This document shows, one piece after another, positions 12,725 through 26,744 of a stretch of 64,000 bases of DNA (position 1 is its first letter; each line of letters opens with the position of its first letter). The translations under genes and the position numbers were made by a program. Origin of the DNA: Eledone cirrhosa (taxonomy: Eukaryota); assembly GCA_964016885.1 (NCBI GenBank), contig OZ024745.1:83824001-83888000 (forward strand), in the 5' to 3' direction. The notes under the pieces are model-generated. The model had not been told where the DNA came from, did not search any database, and saw nothing but the letters and a program-made list of their open reading frames with translations.

Positions 12725-13368
12725 ACACCAATAATATAATGTAATATAATATAGTACAGTATGGTAAATTGTATATAGTATAATATAGCGTATGATGCAT
12801 CATAAAACATAAAATAGTATATATTTTCAAGTGGGTCTATGTATAAGTAATCAAACTCAAATAAATGCATGTTGACATGTAGTCAAAACGCATAATTTTC
12901 TTACATCACAAAAGTACCTATATTCACATATATAGATAGAGGTATAATTACAATGTACTCCATTAAAAACATACATACGCATACATAGATATAAACATAT
13001 ACAAATACGTACATACACGTACACAAACATATATATATATACACACACACTTATACATATATATATATATACATGTACACACACATACATCTACATACAC
13101 ATATACACACACATACATATATACACACACATATATATACATATATATATATTCTCTTATCATACATACATAGATACATGTATACACATGCAATTACAGG
13201 TGGTTATGTACCTTGATGCCCTTAGTCAGTAACGCATGAATCTATGGAAGCTAACAAATTAAAAGGTTAAAAAATAAACAAATAAACAGAAAGGCGTATA
13301 ATTAGGGGAAGGGGATACTAACAAATGGTATGTCACATATAACTATAGTGAGTTGCTATTTAGAATGC

Positions 13369-15952
13369 TTAATTAGGTTTATAGTACTTAAATGTTTTTC
13401 GTATACGGTGATTACAAGCTATAATCAGTTCCTGTCTTTTATTCAATAAATCGTCCTTAGATTTAGTAATTTCCAAGATCTCTCCGGAACATAATCTGCA
13501 TTCTCTCCTGTTCCCAAGATATGGAGTTCTTTGCAGAATGGTATTCCACGATAGCTTGAAATCTATTTTTTTCTTTTTATAGTTATTTACTGCTTCAGCT
13601 AACGATGTGGTGTTAGCTAGTTTAGTATTGTTAAAGCTACTGGAGTGTGCGTAATATATTTTCTTAAATGTGTTCGATGTAGATCCTATATATGATTTGT
13701 TGGAGTCAGTAGTAGACACGGTGCATTTATATATTGCGTTATTAATCAAACAGTTGCCATTTAAGGGCAAACGCTTCTATTTCTGCTCTGCAATTACAGC
13801 CATACGTAAGATGGTTGTTGGGGTACCGACATAATTCTCATTAATCCTTGAGTTATTCTTATTGTAATTAATGTTAGAGAGAGAATGAGTGCTGCTTTGT
13901 GGGTGGTTGTATTGTGATTTTGTGTTATGTTGTTTTTGTGTTGGTGAATTGGGTGGTTGTGTTTTCCAGGTTGAAGGATTGTATTATTTGTCCTTTTAAA
14001 ATGTGCAGTCTTATTTAAATTTTGTTGTGGTGGTGTGATCATATTATTTTTAAATTTATAAATGTTGTAGTTGCATATTTTTTACTGGAGATTGTTTGAT
14101 ATAGAGTATGAGAATTTAACAGTATACCTGTTAAATATTTGGTGGTATCTGTGGTTTGGTGAAAAATGTTTATGTAGAATTTCGAAGAATGAATTTGGGG
14201 GGGATTTGTCCAATAGTTTGCAGATTGAACGGTGCCTTGTACCATGTTAATTTTCTTTTGCGGTTTTTAGTTATTATTTCCACTTATATTAATGTGCTGT
14301 GTTCTAGAAGAGTTCTTATGGTTAGTATTTGTATTTGTGGAATTGGGTAAATTGCAGTGGTTGTATTTGGTGTTATTATTGGGTAGATTATGAGAGGTTG
14401 AATGTTTGGTAGTCATATGGGAGTTGTTAACCTTGATCATAGATCGTGTAGTAATAGTTGTTGTGGTTTTTCAGTTGTTTGGTGTGATAGGAATGACCCA
14501 TTAGGCATTTGTTTCGATGGTATTTTTTGGTATTTGTAGTTTTGTTAGGTTTTGTAGTATGGTCCATAGTAGTGTTGGGATATATGAAATTTTTTCTTTA
14601 TATCAACTTCTAGTTAGGGCCTCGTTGTAGAAGGGTGCATTTTTATAAAATATATCCTCAGTAGAAGATAATTTAGAAAGTCTAAGAGATATGTTATATA
14701 CTAAGTTGTTGAGTATAGAGCCAGGGTAGTTAGAGCGTGAATGTACATAATGTAGATTCTGGTTGGGTTTGTGGTAAGGTAGATAAATATTTGTAGAGAG
14801 GTCTAAGGTAACGTCAAGGAAGTTAGCTACTTTTGAGGTGTTTTCAAAGGTGATGTTATGGTTGTAATAGTCCTTGAGGAATTTTCTAATTTGTTTTTTG
14901 TTTTTCTCAATATTAAAATTGCTAAGATTGTTAGATGTCAATAGACAATCATCCCGATAAAAACCACCTTTGAGGTGGGGAAAAGAGGAAAGAATATTAT
15001 AGAGGAGAAATAGTCCAACGAGGTCTGTAACTTGAGCAGAGTCCATGGATCCCATCGTTATATCGAATAAGTTGTTATATGTGTTTCTCGTCCAGTGTTT
15101 TTCTTGGAAGTTTAGTAAGGTTTTTCTAGCGCGAGTTATGATGTTGATTTCCTCAGTAGATAAATCCGACCTATTTCTGGCGAAGATCAGTGCTTTGTTT
15201 AGAGAATTAGAGAAATCGGAGAATAGTAAGAATCGATGTCGAATTGTATGAATGAAGCTGAGTTTTTATTTTCGATGTCAGTGAAACATTCAATAACCTG
15301 GGAAGTGTTATCCCATAATGGAAGTGTTACAAATATTCTAATCTGCGGAATGATTCGATCAATAATTTTCTTGCTGATAGTACTGATATCAGATTTTGAT
15401 GGGAATATCAGTCTAATAGATGGGTTCGAATTAAAGTCAGGTTGAAGTGCGGGCTTTTAGGTGTGAAAGGCTCCGTCCTATCTTCAATATGGAGTTTTTT
15501 CACATGATATGTTGTTCAAGGATGTCCGTGCGGTGGTGCTGGTTTTCTTATAGTTTTTTCTAAGTTCTTTATAAACGAACTGGTTATATTTATCGATGTC
15601 CATATGGTACAGATTACCAGTTTTGTCAGAATGAACATAGACATTGTTTGAATTTTTCAGTTGCAATAGGGTAGAGTCTAATCCCTTTGGGAATTCAGAT
15701 TTGTTTCCTGAACTTTATGTTTTTAATCATGTTCAGTAGGGCGCTCTCAAAATGTTCAAGTTGAATATTATGAGGAGGATTTTTGTATGTGTTGAATCCA
15801 TAGCGGTACTTCTTTTCATTTGTATTGGTTTTGTTGTCAATATGATAGGCCCTCGATCGCATTCTCCTAATAAACTGGTTAGTTTTTTGTATGAGTAAGA
15901 GTAGATATTCATCTTTAGGTGGAATCGGAATGTTCTGCAACGTGGTACCCAA
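13369..15952 (-). pseudogene. Penelope-like RT + GIY-YIG endonuclease polyprotein, frameshifted
   Basis: N-terminus 'QNIPIPPK...FIRRMRSRA', 'HSDKTGNLY'. RT 'MGSMDSAQVTDLVGL', 'YRDD', 'NFLDVTL'. EN 'CLINNAIYKCTV...SYIGSTSNTFK...CRLCSGE...LLNKRQE...CNH'. Confidence 0.88.
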
Positions 15953-16780
15953 ATATTGTTTTGTGATGCAGGAATTAGATAAAAGAAGAGCTCAACTAAA
16001 TATTATAATCACAGAAGTGGAGACAATTATGAAAAAATATATTGAAGGAGCAATATGCACAGAAATATCCACGGTTAGTTGTGGGGTCTAGTCTGCATGA
16101 AGAACTCCATGTAATCCATATATTGAAAATGTTGTAGGTTAAAATAAATCCAGGAGAACAATAAAACATCAAAAGGAAAACAGAGCCATGATAGAAGTAA
16201 AAACAATGAAATAAAAATTCAAGTCATTAGAAATATACTTCACTGCTTTACGATCGTTTCTAGGTGATAATAATACATCGTACGCATATTTCGTTATCGA
16301 TCTATGTAGGGTTAGTTGCAAAATATCAAATAAGGAATATATTTACCTACATGTATATCATCAGCCGTTGACAAAAGCAACGAAAATTTTATTCAAAATC
16401 AATAATAAATTGAGTTCTATGACCTTATTTGGAGGTAGCTGAAGAACAAACAAATCAAATGGATTTTTTGCAATATGATGTTTAGATGAAATATAGCTCA
16501 CTTTAGTTGAGGACATGACCCTTTGAAAGGAATGGTTGAATGGTGTTAAAAATAAAATTACTTTTAATTTTTTAGGTTCCATAGATTCATGCGTTACTGA
16601 CTAAGAGCATCAAGGTACATAACCACCTGTAATTGCATGGGTATACATGTATCTATATATGTATGATAAGAGAATATATATATATATATGTATATATATG
16701 TGTGTGTATATATGTATGCGTGTATATGTGTATGTACATGCATGTGTGTGTACATGTATATATGTATGTATAAGTGTGTA

Positions 16781-16813
<33 letters not shown>

Positions 16814-18029
16814 ATATGTTTGTGTGCGTGTATGTACGTATTTGTATATGTTTATATCTATGTATGCGTATGTATGTTTTAATGGAGTATGAATGTAATT
16901 ATAGGTCTATCTATATATATGAATATAGGTACTTTTGTGATCTAAGACAATTATGCGTTTTGACTATATGTCAACATGCATTTATTTGAGTATGATTACT
17001 TATACATAGACCCACTTGAAAATATATACTATTTTATATTTTATGATGCATCATACGCTATATTATACTATATACAATGTACCATACCGTACTATATTAA
17101 ATTAAATTATATTATATTATTATATTATTATATTTTATTATCTTATTATAATTTTAACCTTTTAATATACTATCCTTCCTAGTTATGACCATTACTTTCC
17201 TATCTATATTTATCCTAGTTATTTCTGTATATTTTATATTTACTTATTTATATTAACCTAAAAATTCCATACAACACAACTCAACATTTAATTTTAACAT
17301 TCCTTTTTAAACTTCACTCCACCATCTACATTCCACTATCAATATAACAATTCCTGTTTATTCATAGGTTCTTTATAGTAATTCTATTTTTAACACAATT
17401 CAACCATTCCTTTCAAAGGGTCATGACCTCAACTAAAGTGAGTTATATTCCATCTTAGCATCATACGGCAAATAAACCATTTGATTGGTTTGTTCTTCAG
17501 CTACCTCCAAATAAGGTCATAGAACTCAATTTACTATTGATTTTGAAGAAAACTTTCATTGATTTTGACAACGGCTGATGATTTACATGTATTCCTTATT
17601 TGATATTTTGTAACTAACCCTACATAGATCGATAACGAATTATGCGTACGATGTATTATTATCACCTAGAAACGATCGTAAAGCAGTGAAGTATATTTCT
17701 AATGATTTGAATTTTTATTTCATTGTTTTTACTTATATTATGACTCTGTTTTCCTTTTGATGTTTTATTGTTCTCCTGGATTTATTTTAACCTACAACAT
17801 TTTCAATATATGGATTACATGGAGTTTTTCATGCAGACTAGACCCCACAACTAACCATGGATATGTCTGTGTATATATAGGTATTGCAAGACTAGAAATA
17901 GGTAGTAACTTAACAACTACCGTGCTAGTCGGTACCTCGATCTCCATTGATAATCGACTATCTGAAACGATCGTAAAACGAACTAACTATCTACCTACGC
18001 CTGACTTTTGCTTATTATTGTTCTATGCA

Positions 18030-18160
<131 letters not shown>

Positions 18161-19088
18161 GGTGGGTTATGAACAGTTTCTGTTGAATATAAAAACCTCA
18201 TTGTTTGCTACATATTAGTCCATTGCCATTTATTCAAAGGAATGTGTGCATTTTCTTATGTTTAAATCCATACGCTTGACGTGAAATGTGAATCACAACT
18301 TATATATCGTTTCGTATGTTTCATTTAACTTACTAATGTGCTTGGAAAACATACAGAAGTCACATAATTGCTTGTTTTGATATAAGTGAGGACACGTATC
18401 TTTTTAAAAGATCAATATTAGGAAAGTGTCATATTCTTTTCACGAGAGACAGAAGACACTTAACTCATTACGTTAATGGAAAGAATAGATAAACTGTCAA
18501 GTTCTCATTTATCTTTTTATATTTTCTACTCATCATTATCTTTGCTATATTACCTCTCTGTATTCGTAAGACAAAATATTTTGGCAATCTTTTACTAAGT
18601 ACTGGGTGGCTAATCAGAAATATGATTATTTATATATTTATCTGGAGATAGCATGGATAATCAATCGAATTTCTCACAATTTTCTCTTATACAGCCATAT
18701 AAAGTCAGATGATGAACCTTTAGACATTTTAGAATAAATATATCCCATTTTACTTATTGAAATGAGACTAACACTATTAGTGCATGCCCAAAGACTAGAT
18801 GCCCTTTCCGGAACTAACAAGCCCCATCGGTAGCAACATCAGCCACAACACCAGCAGCAGAAATAACAGCAGCAACAAGTAGCAACTGTATAATCGTTAG
18901 ACAGATTTTTTTTTCCAGCATTTAACAACATTATTCTAATTTTATTGTTAGTGATATAATATCCCATAAATAAAGAATTAAATCGAAAAATGAATGTGCG
19001 ATTTTTTCATTGGTAAAATGACTCCAGTAATTAAAGATGTGTTTATGTTATTTTAAGCATTAACCTCACGTTATCTCTTTAACACAGT

Positions 19089-19255
19089 ATCGGTAGAGAG
19101 TCGGACGCCATGCTTTCCAGCATAGTTACGTCCCTTTACGGTCTGAGTTCAAATCCCGCCGAGGTTGACTTTGTCTTTCACCCTTACGGGGTCGATAAAA
19201 TAGAGTACCAGTAATGTACTGGGTTTTTGCTGGCCTTGTGCCAAAAGTAGAAACA
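19089..19255 (+). mobile_element. SINE family A, slightly 5'-truncated, with 19-bp TSD
   Basis: TSD gttatctctttaacacagt at 19070-19088 and 19256-19274. Confidence 0.92.
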
Positions 19256-19667
19256 GTTATCTCTTTAACACAGTCTTTCTTTCATTCTAATGTTATTTTA
19301 TTGCAGTTCTATTCAGAAAAATTCCCTTACAGTAACATCTCTTACCATAGCATGCACTCGAGATACGTGTACCAATGTCTATCTTTACAATTACAAAACA
19401 ATCAATACAGTTGAATAGTAAATTTGCAAGCTGTACGAGATTCTGTATTCCCTCAACTAATTTCTGGAATCTCTTGGGAATCATCTGATGAACGGAGTTA
19501 ATAGCCATCGATTTCTGCTAATACCAACATACTCTGCTCTGTTGGCGTTTGCTAGTAATTTCTCACCTCTTACACCTCACAGGTGCTTACTTTCGATTAC
19601 AGAAATCAATTTATTTCGTCGGTGTTAACGAAGGCAGACGTCTAATATGGGCACATGCAGAGACACA

Positions 19668-19708
<41 letters not shown>

Positions 19709-20032
19709 GCACATATACACACACACATTTATACACATGTATATGCACACGCACACATGCTGACGTAACCACACGTGTATATATATGCACACACATACTA
19801 ATATACACAAAACACATGTACACACACACACATGTACACCCACACACATGTTCACTCGCATACACCTTACAGATGTAAGCACACACACACACACCCGACA
19901 CCAAACATATATACACACAGGCACGCAGACATACCTATACACACACATGCAGACGTAAGCACACACATGCAGGCGCGTACATCTTGTCACGCCGACACAA
20001 GTACACACACATATGTGTGTAAGGCATGTATA

Positions 20033-20111
<79 letters not shown>

Positions 20112-20332
20112 ATCCGTGTATGTGTCGTGACTATGTAAGTGGTTTTGCATTAGGATTCGGAATTTTAGCATGTCCTAAGTTTTCTAATTGTCTCGATCAT
20201 TTGTTTGACATCGTTAGATATAGATGTTGCCACTGATAATAGCATTCACAGAATAGAATGGCAGTCCCCCTAGACAGGCATTTAATTCCATATTCATACA
20301 TATGTATGCATATACATACATATATATATATA

Positions 20333-20397
<65 letters not shown>

Positions 20398-20674
20398 AAA
20401 CGGAAAAAATGAAACGAAATGTTATTTGCCACTCTTAGTACGGCTGTTACTTAAATATAAGTATGTACACGTACATACATATATGTATGCAGACGTACAG
20501 TAGTATGTATATATATATATATACATACATGCACACATATATATATGTACGTATGGATTCACCGAACATTTATTATAATGCTCGGTGTGTTTGTAAACAA
20601 ACATCCCGTATTAAGCCGTAGTGTCTAGCTACCATCGTTGCTCGTTTGTTCAACACTGACAAAGGAACGCTGTA

Positions 20675-20860
20675 CTAGTTTCAAGCTTATTAGCTATCGT
20701 CAGCAACGTATACCTTCCTGCCAGATTGTTGAACGTATATACCTACCTTATGCATATTAACGGCTGAGTAGCCGTTAAAATGCATAAGGTAGGTATATAC
20801 GTTCAACAATCTGGCAGGAAGGTATACGTTGCTGACGATAGCTAATAAGCTTGAAACTAG
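20675..20860. mobile_element. Foldback MITE-like near-perfect palindrome flanked by TA
   Basis: 20672-20765 pairs with 20770-20863 with one mismatch and a 4-nt loop (gagt). Ends read TA-CTAGTTTCAAGC...GCTTGAAACTAG-TA. Confidence 0.8.
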
Positions 20861-20990
20861 TACTAGGTTTTTAAAATCCAAATTCAATACACAGACCAGG
20901 ATTTTTTTCATTCTGAGGATTGAAAGAAAAATTTTTTGCTTTTAAGAGAACACTGGTAAATGGGATAATTGCCTTATGTTGTTTATTACA

Positions 20991-21050
<60 letters not shown>

Positions 21051-21061
21051 CTATATATATT

Positions 21062-21505
21062 CTAAGGCGAGTAAAATTCCCGAGATCCATGGACGAGTTC
21101 TCTCCAGCGGTCTCTGTCCCTCATTAGCGCTGCCATGTCCTGCGTCTCCAACCGACCAGTGCCTGTCCTTAGGGCATCAACATACGTTAACCTTGGTCTT
21201 CCGCTTCTGGTGTGTCCATGTAGGGGCTCCCAAAGGAGCACTGAGTGCAATGTCATCTCTGGATGTCGGTGAGCATGTCCAGCTAACCTCAGTCTCCTCT
21301 GTGTCACTTTTGAGCTGACTTTTGGGATGCTCCCATACAGCTCTGAGTTTTTCATCCTCAGTGTATACTGAATAATGTTCAGAGCCATCCTCGGCATTCT
21401 CGTGTAGCACCCATCCACCATCTGAGTGAGTTTCTTGGTCAGTGTCCAAGTCTCAGACCCATACAGCAGCACAGACTCCACTACAGCAATGAAGAGGCGG
21501 ATTTA
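21062..21505 (-). mobile_element. RTE-clade LINE 3' fragment
   Basis: '[16 protein letters not shown]...QRRLRLAGHAHRH...GRPRLTY...DRDRWR', typical of the RTE C-terminus. Flanked by (TA)n. Confidence 0.85.
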
Positions 21506-21586
21506 TAAACATATACACACACATATATATATATATGTATACATACATAAATACATATATATATATACATATACATACATATATAT

Positions 21587-21670
<84 letters not shown>

Positions 21671-21675
<5 letters not shown>

Positions 21676-21985
21676 AAGTTATATTTAAAATTGTTGGGTT
21701 ACAACTAGTAAATATTTATAACTGATATAAAAGCACTCGACAAATATTTGGAGTATATTTACAATATTAAATAAATGGAAAACTATATTTATAAAACCAT
21801 ATCTATTTCATTATATATATTTCGGGGATATTATATTAACAATATGCTATGCCTTCATCAAACTGTTTATATTGTATTTTGTCTGATGAAGGCATAGCAT
21901 ATTGTTAATATGATATCCCCGAAATATATATAATGAAATAGATATGGTTTTATAAATATAGTTTTCCATTTATTTAATATTGTAT
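21671..21985. mobile_element. Palindromic ORF-less pLTR derivative (same family as 30238-30580)
   Basis: 21759-21860 is inverted at 21884-21985. It contains a hammerhead and is embedded in (TA)n. Confidence 0.75.
21875..21940 (+). ncRNA. Type I hammerhead ribozyme
   Basis: TATTTTGT CTGATGA aGGcATAgCATATT gtt AATATGaTATcCCc GAAAT atat ATA ATGAAATA. Stem I is 8 bp including G-U pairs. Confidence 0.7.
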
Positions 21986-22205
21986 ATATATATATATATA
22001 TTTATTAAAATAACAGATTAAAGTTTAAGCAAAGAATCGCTGCTTTCACCCTTAACGGGATCTTCTGAAACTAACAAAGTCAATCTGTAAACGCAGAACT
22101 GGATATTTTAAAAAAACGTTGCAACCGGAGGAATATCGAGCCCTCTCTGGATTTTAGTCTTCAATTTTATTATTATTACTATATATATATATATGTATAT
22201 ATGCA

Positions 22206-22238
<33 letters not shown>

Positions 22239-22247
22239 GCATATATA

Positions 22248-22281
<34 letters not shown>

Positions 22282-23065
22282 CACACATATATATATGTAT
22301 GTGTTTGTGCGTAGTTTCTTTGGTGGGAACGGGTATGTTTAACGATATTGTGTCGAAAATTTAGATAGGAACGAAACCCTACGTTTATGAAAAAGAGAGA
22401 AAGCATTAGAGAGGAAGATTCCAATAATTCATTTGCTGGCAATGTATATTCTCAGAGAGTTGCTGTTGTGTACATTTTCCATTGAAAATCTCTTTAGGCC
22501 AGAGTAGTTATTCAAATACTGTTTCCCATTAAAAGCTTATAAACGAAGAATCGACAATCCCTGGGAACCATCTATAATGAATATTTCGGAAGTTATCCTA
22601 AACAATATGTCGGCAAAAAAATAGATTATCTATTTTTCGTTTGCCTCTCGTTGACCTTCTCTTTTTTATATATCTATTTTCTTTATTTTTGTCTTAATTG
22701 CACGAGATACTAAATACCTCTCCTCGTCTCCTATTGACATACTAGCTTTATACGAACGTTTAAATTGATTAAATAAGTAAATATATAATAGATGCCCATA
22801 AATGAGATAAACGTTGATGCCTTAATAAGACAGCGCCACGTCAGATTAATATCTGACTTGTCCCTGTGTCACTTTCACATGCCCAACAGCATCACTTTTG
22901 CAAAGTGTTTTTCCAAAGATCGTCAGAGCAATGATTAACCGTTCCTTATGGTTATAGATATTCCTGGTGATAAAAATTACACAAATACTGGTTTCTTGAC
23001 TGGAGTGAAAGAAATATTTCATTGAAAGAAATATTTCATATGATAATAAATATATAAATCTAATG

Positions 23066-25530
23066 AGTGGACAAGCTTATCATGGGTGATGTCTCGGCCG
23101 CAGTCAGAGTTGTTGTCTCAGAGGACACTGTCCTCCAACCCACCCAGGAGGTCCTGGCTGCTTTGCGACTCAAACACCCTGAGCCACCTACTGATCTCAC
23201 ACCCATACCCCCACCAGACCCCCACTTGCTCCTTGTGGCTTCTGATGCAGACATCATGTCCGCCATCAGGTCCTTCCCAGCTAGCAGCAGCATAGTTGTT
23301 GATGGTCTCCGACCAGGCCACCTCAAGGAGTTGATATCCCCCCTCTCCGCTGAGTCCGGGCGCCGCCTTCTGAGTGAAATTGTGGCGCTCACCAATAGGC
23401 TCATCCATGGCGACCTGGACCCTGACACTCGAGGCCTCTTTTTTTCGGCCAGCCTCACCGCTCTGAGGAAGAAAGAGGGTGGCATAAGCCCCATTGCTGT
23501 GGGCAATGTCTTCCAGAGGCTGGCTGCCAAGGTGATCTGCAAGTCTGTAACTCACGAACTGGGTGAGGAGTTTAGTCCGGTGCAACTGGGTGTCGGCGTG
23601 TCCGGTGGCTGTGAGGGCCCCGCTCATGCAACCAGGCAGTTCTTCAGCAGCTGCCCATCGGAACCGGCATCCAGGGACTCCAGGCCCCTCATTGCCAAGC
23701 TTGACATGAGGAATGCCTTCAACTTTTTACGCCGGGATCATCTGCTCGAGGCCTGCCTCAGCCGAGCCCCCTCTTCCTACCCGCTGGCCTACCTGTCTTA
23801 TGGAGCATGGAGCATGCCCTTTGCTGCTAATACGGACATACCTTCGGCTACTGGGGTCCAGCAGGGCGACCCTTTGGGACCCCTGCTGTTCGGCATTGGT
23901 ATTGACCACGTCGCTCGGAGTATCACGGTCTCTCTCAACGTTTGGTATCTGGATGATGCTACGTTGAGCGGGCCCATACGGACGGTCTGCCATGACCTTC
24001 AATCGGTGGTTCCTGCCCTGGCGGTAATCGGCCTCCAGGTCAACTCGGCCAAGTCGGAGGTGGTGAATGTCAGCCTCGATGCTGCGAGTTTTGCAGCCTC
24101 CGTCTTGGACGTGCGCTACATTCTCCGCAAGGTTCAGGTAACCCCCAAAGAGGATGTCCTCATCCTCGGGTCACCGATCCACCCTCCGGCCATCCGCTAC
24201 ACCTTCAGGTCCAGGCTTCAACAGCTCCGGACTCTCACGAGCCGACTGGGCTTGATTGACGGTCACCCAGCTCTCTTTCTGCTGAGGAACTGCTTCGCCA
24301 TGCCGAAGCTCCTCCATACGCTCCGCAGTGCTCCGTGCTACACCCAGACATCTCTCCTCGCTGACCTCGATACTTGTATCCGAGAAGCAGCCGAGGAGAT
24401 ATGCAACGTCAAGTTTGACGAGATAGGGTGGCAACAGGCCACTTTACCTGTCAGGTAGTGCGGCCTTGGCCTCTGGTCCCCGATCTCACTAGCTTTGCCG
24501 GAGTATCTTTCATCGGTAACCTCGTGCCGCGTCCTCGTCAGCAGCGTTCTTCAAAACACAACAGAACCCTCTGTGTTCAGAGAACGTGAGGCCGCCTGTG
24601 AGACGTGGGACCGGTGGGCCTTAGCCCAGTAGACGTCCTTCCTCCTTCTTCCCATATTGACGTCAAGTCCCCCCAACGCACTTGGGATGCCATCCAGTGC
24701 AGCCTGGCCTCAGACAGGCTCACGCGCCAGCTCGACCAGCACGGCCTTGCTTGTTTTCGTGCGGCTTCCAAACTCCACAGTTGTGCCTGGCTCCATTCCC
24801 TGCCCTCCTTCTCCACTGGCACGCAGCTAGACAACCATAGCCTGCGCATAGGTTTTTCCCTGAGGCTCGGCCTCCGGATCTGCCAGCCACACCAATGTAG
24901 CTGCGGTTCCACAGTGGACTCTTTCGGCCTCCACCCGCTTTCCTGTCTCCGCAGTGCCGGCCGAATTCCACGCCATGCTGCCCCCAACGAGATCATTAAG
25001 CGTGACTTAGACGCTGCAGGCTTCCCTTCCCATCTCGAGCCGGTGGGGCTGGATCGAAGGGACGGCAAAAGGCCAGATGGCATGACCATCTTCCCGTTCC
25101 GCGGTGGCAAACCCCTTGTCAGGGATGCCACTTGCACCCACACTTTCTGCAGCCGCAACCTGGTGCAACCTTCTGCAGCCGCAACCTGCGATTGACCCAG
25201 GTTCTGCTGCACGTCGGGCTGAGGGGGCCAAACTCCTCAAATACCGGTTGCTCTCCGACAGGTTTGCTGTCGTACCCCTGGCAGTGGAGACTTCCGGTGT
25301 CCTCGGCCCCAGTACTACCTCCTTACTCACCACCATAGGCGCTGAGCTGGCCAGCCGCAGGTGTGAGCCCCACGAGTTGGAGTGGCTCTTCCAGCGTGTC
25401 TCCCTCGCCGTCCTCCGGGGAAACGGCTTCTCTATTCTGTCCGCCGGGGTTGTGGGTGGGCTCCATCGCGTACCGTTGTAGTTGTTCTAGAAGAAACGGG
25501 TTTCACTTGTATATTGTATATATTTTTTTT
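23066..25530 (+). mobile_element. CRE-clade non-LTR retrotransposon, 5'-truncated (RT + CCHC + restriction-like endonuclease)
   Basis: RT 'GGISPIAVG', 'QLGVGVSGGCE', 'KLDMRNAFN', 'GVQQGDPLGPLLF', 'WYLDD'. 'CSCG..DSFGLHPLSC', 'KRPDG', 'PLAVETSGVLG'. Stop at 24456-24458 and later frameshifts. Confidence 0.85.
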
Positions 25531-26744
25531 TATACTGATAGGTATAGTCATATAAATGCAAGTTCACCCTCGTCACCACCACTACACCAACAATTACGTG
25601 TGGGGGTGATCGATAGAGAGATATATAGATAGATTGATTGATAGACAGGTAGCTTCTTATTTTCTTACTATGAATTCTGTTTTTTGTTTTTGATTTGCTT
25701 TTTTTTTTGGGGGGGGGGGGGGGTCTTTTGTTTTTTGTCTGTAACAAATTTTAGTTTGATTGGCAGCCATATTATTTCGGCAATATATTTGAGGTTTCAA
25801 AGCCATATTTGTTTCACGGCCATATTACTAATGTGTGCTTCATATCAAGGGACACCTGTTATGTAATTAAACAATAAATATTCCCCTCTTTTATGGTGGC
25901 ATTAAATCTCACTCATAATTGGGAAAGTTTATTTGTATTTTCATTTTTTTTATAGTTGTTTTGCTAAACTTTTTAAAGTGATTAAAACATTGATTCAACT
26001 AATCCTCAAAACGGTTGGTGGTATTTGTTAAAACGGGAATTGAATTCCCGTTAACAAGAAGCGTGTGTGTTTAATAAGCAACCAATGCGTTCGAATAACT
26101 AAAATCCCCCTACAGGCATAATGGAAATGACAAAGGATTGCAATACTCTTGAGACAGCAATTAACTGGCTGCCAATCATTAAAATAATATTATTTTTTTA
26201 AATTGAAATAGTGCAATTTTACAAAAGTGTTTTTTGTGTTGAATGGGAACTAATGCTAAGTTCATAGTTTCTATCTCAATAATGGAAATTCACACTTAAA
26301 TCTCTATGATTAGAACACTAAATTGTGAACTTTCTAGGTTTATTTTCAACCTTGCTTTTTAGTTCCAATTTCTCTGCGTTGCTTGATTAGAATGCGTGTG
26401 TCCCTAGCTAAGAATTCTTCACTTTGAATTTAATTGTGTAGGAATAGGATTCAGTATAAATAACTCTAGCTATTATTTTTTCATATGGTAGATGTCTATT
26501 AAACATTTAAACACTTCTCTAATATACAGACCGACCTGCAAGAGGTCTCATTGAAAGTACAACTTACTCTTAAAAAAACAAAGGAAACATTGAATAATGT
26601 AATCCTAGATACGCAATGTTTGCAATAAAAGATAATAGTCATAACTGGAATGCTTTTCATCATAGATTTGTTCAGTAAGAGCTGACTAAGGGTTACAGAA
26701 ATAACAACAGACATGCATACACACGGAAGAGACACACTCATTTG

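Larger units (their letters stand above)
11681..17874 (-). mobile_element. Near full-length Naiad-type Penelope-like element with direct and inverted pLTR copies
   Basis: Fragmented ORF 13369-15952(-). 11681-12050 repeats directly at 16196-16560. 11681-13260 (minus the SINE inserts) is inverted at ~16572-17735, and 16054-16560 is inverted at ~17390-17874. Confidence 0.9.

Noticed and set aside
17568-17690. Hammerhead in the pLTR of the 11681-17874 element (CTGATGA...; GAAACGATCGTA)
   Set aside because: Core pieces and an atgtagg/cctacat stem exist in the 16.3-kb copy, but stem I cannot be closed convincingly. It is probably degenerate.
19290-19600. Possible host exon on the minus strand ending at a GTAAGA donor
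   Set aside because: There is no recognisable protein similarity or partner exon, so it cannot be supported without RNA data.
22030-22072. Minus-strand CAGAAGA-TCCC/GGGT-GAAA hammerhead-like motif
   Set aside because: Core U4 is mutated and there is no clean NUH or stem I.
23060-25336. Long antisense or overlapping ORFs within the CRE element
   Set aside because: Expected shadow ORFs of GC-rich coding sequence, with no domain motifs.
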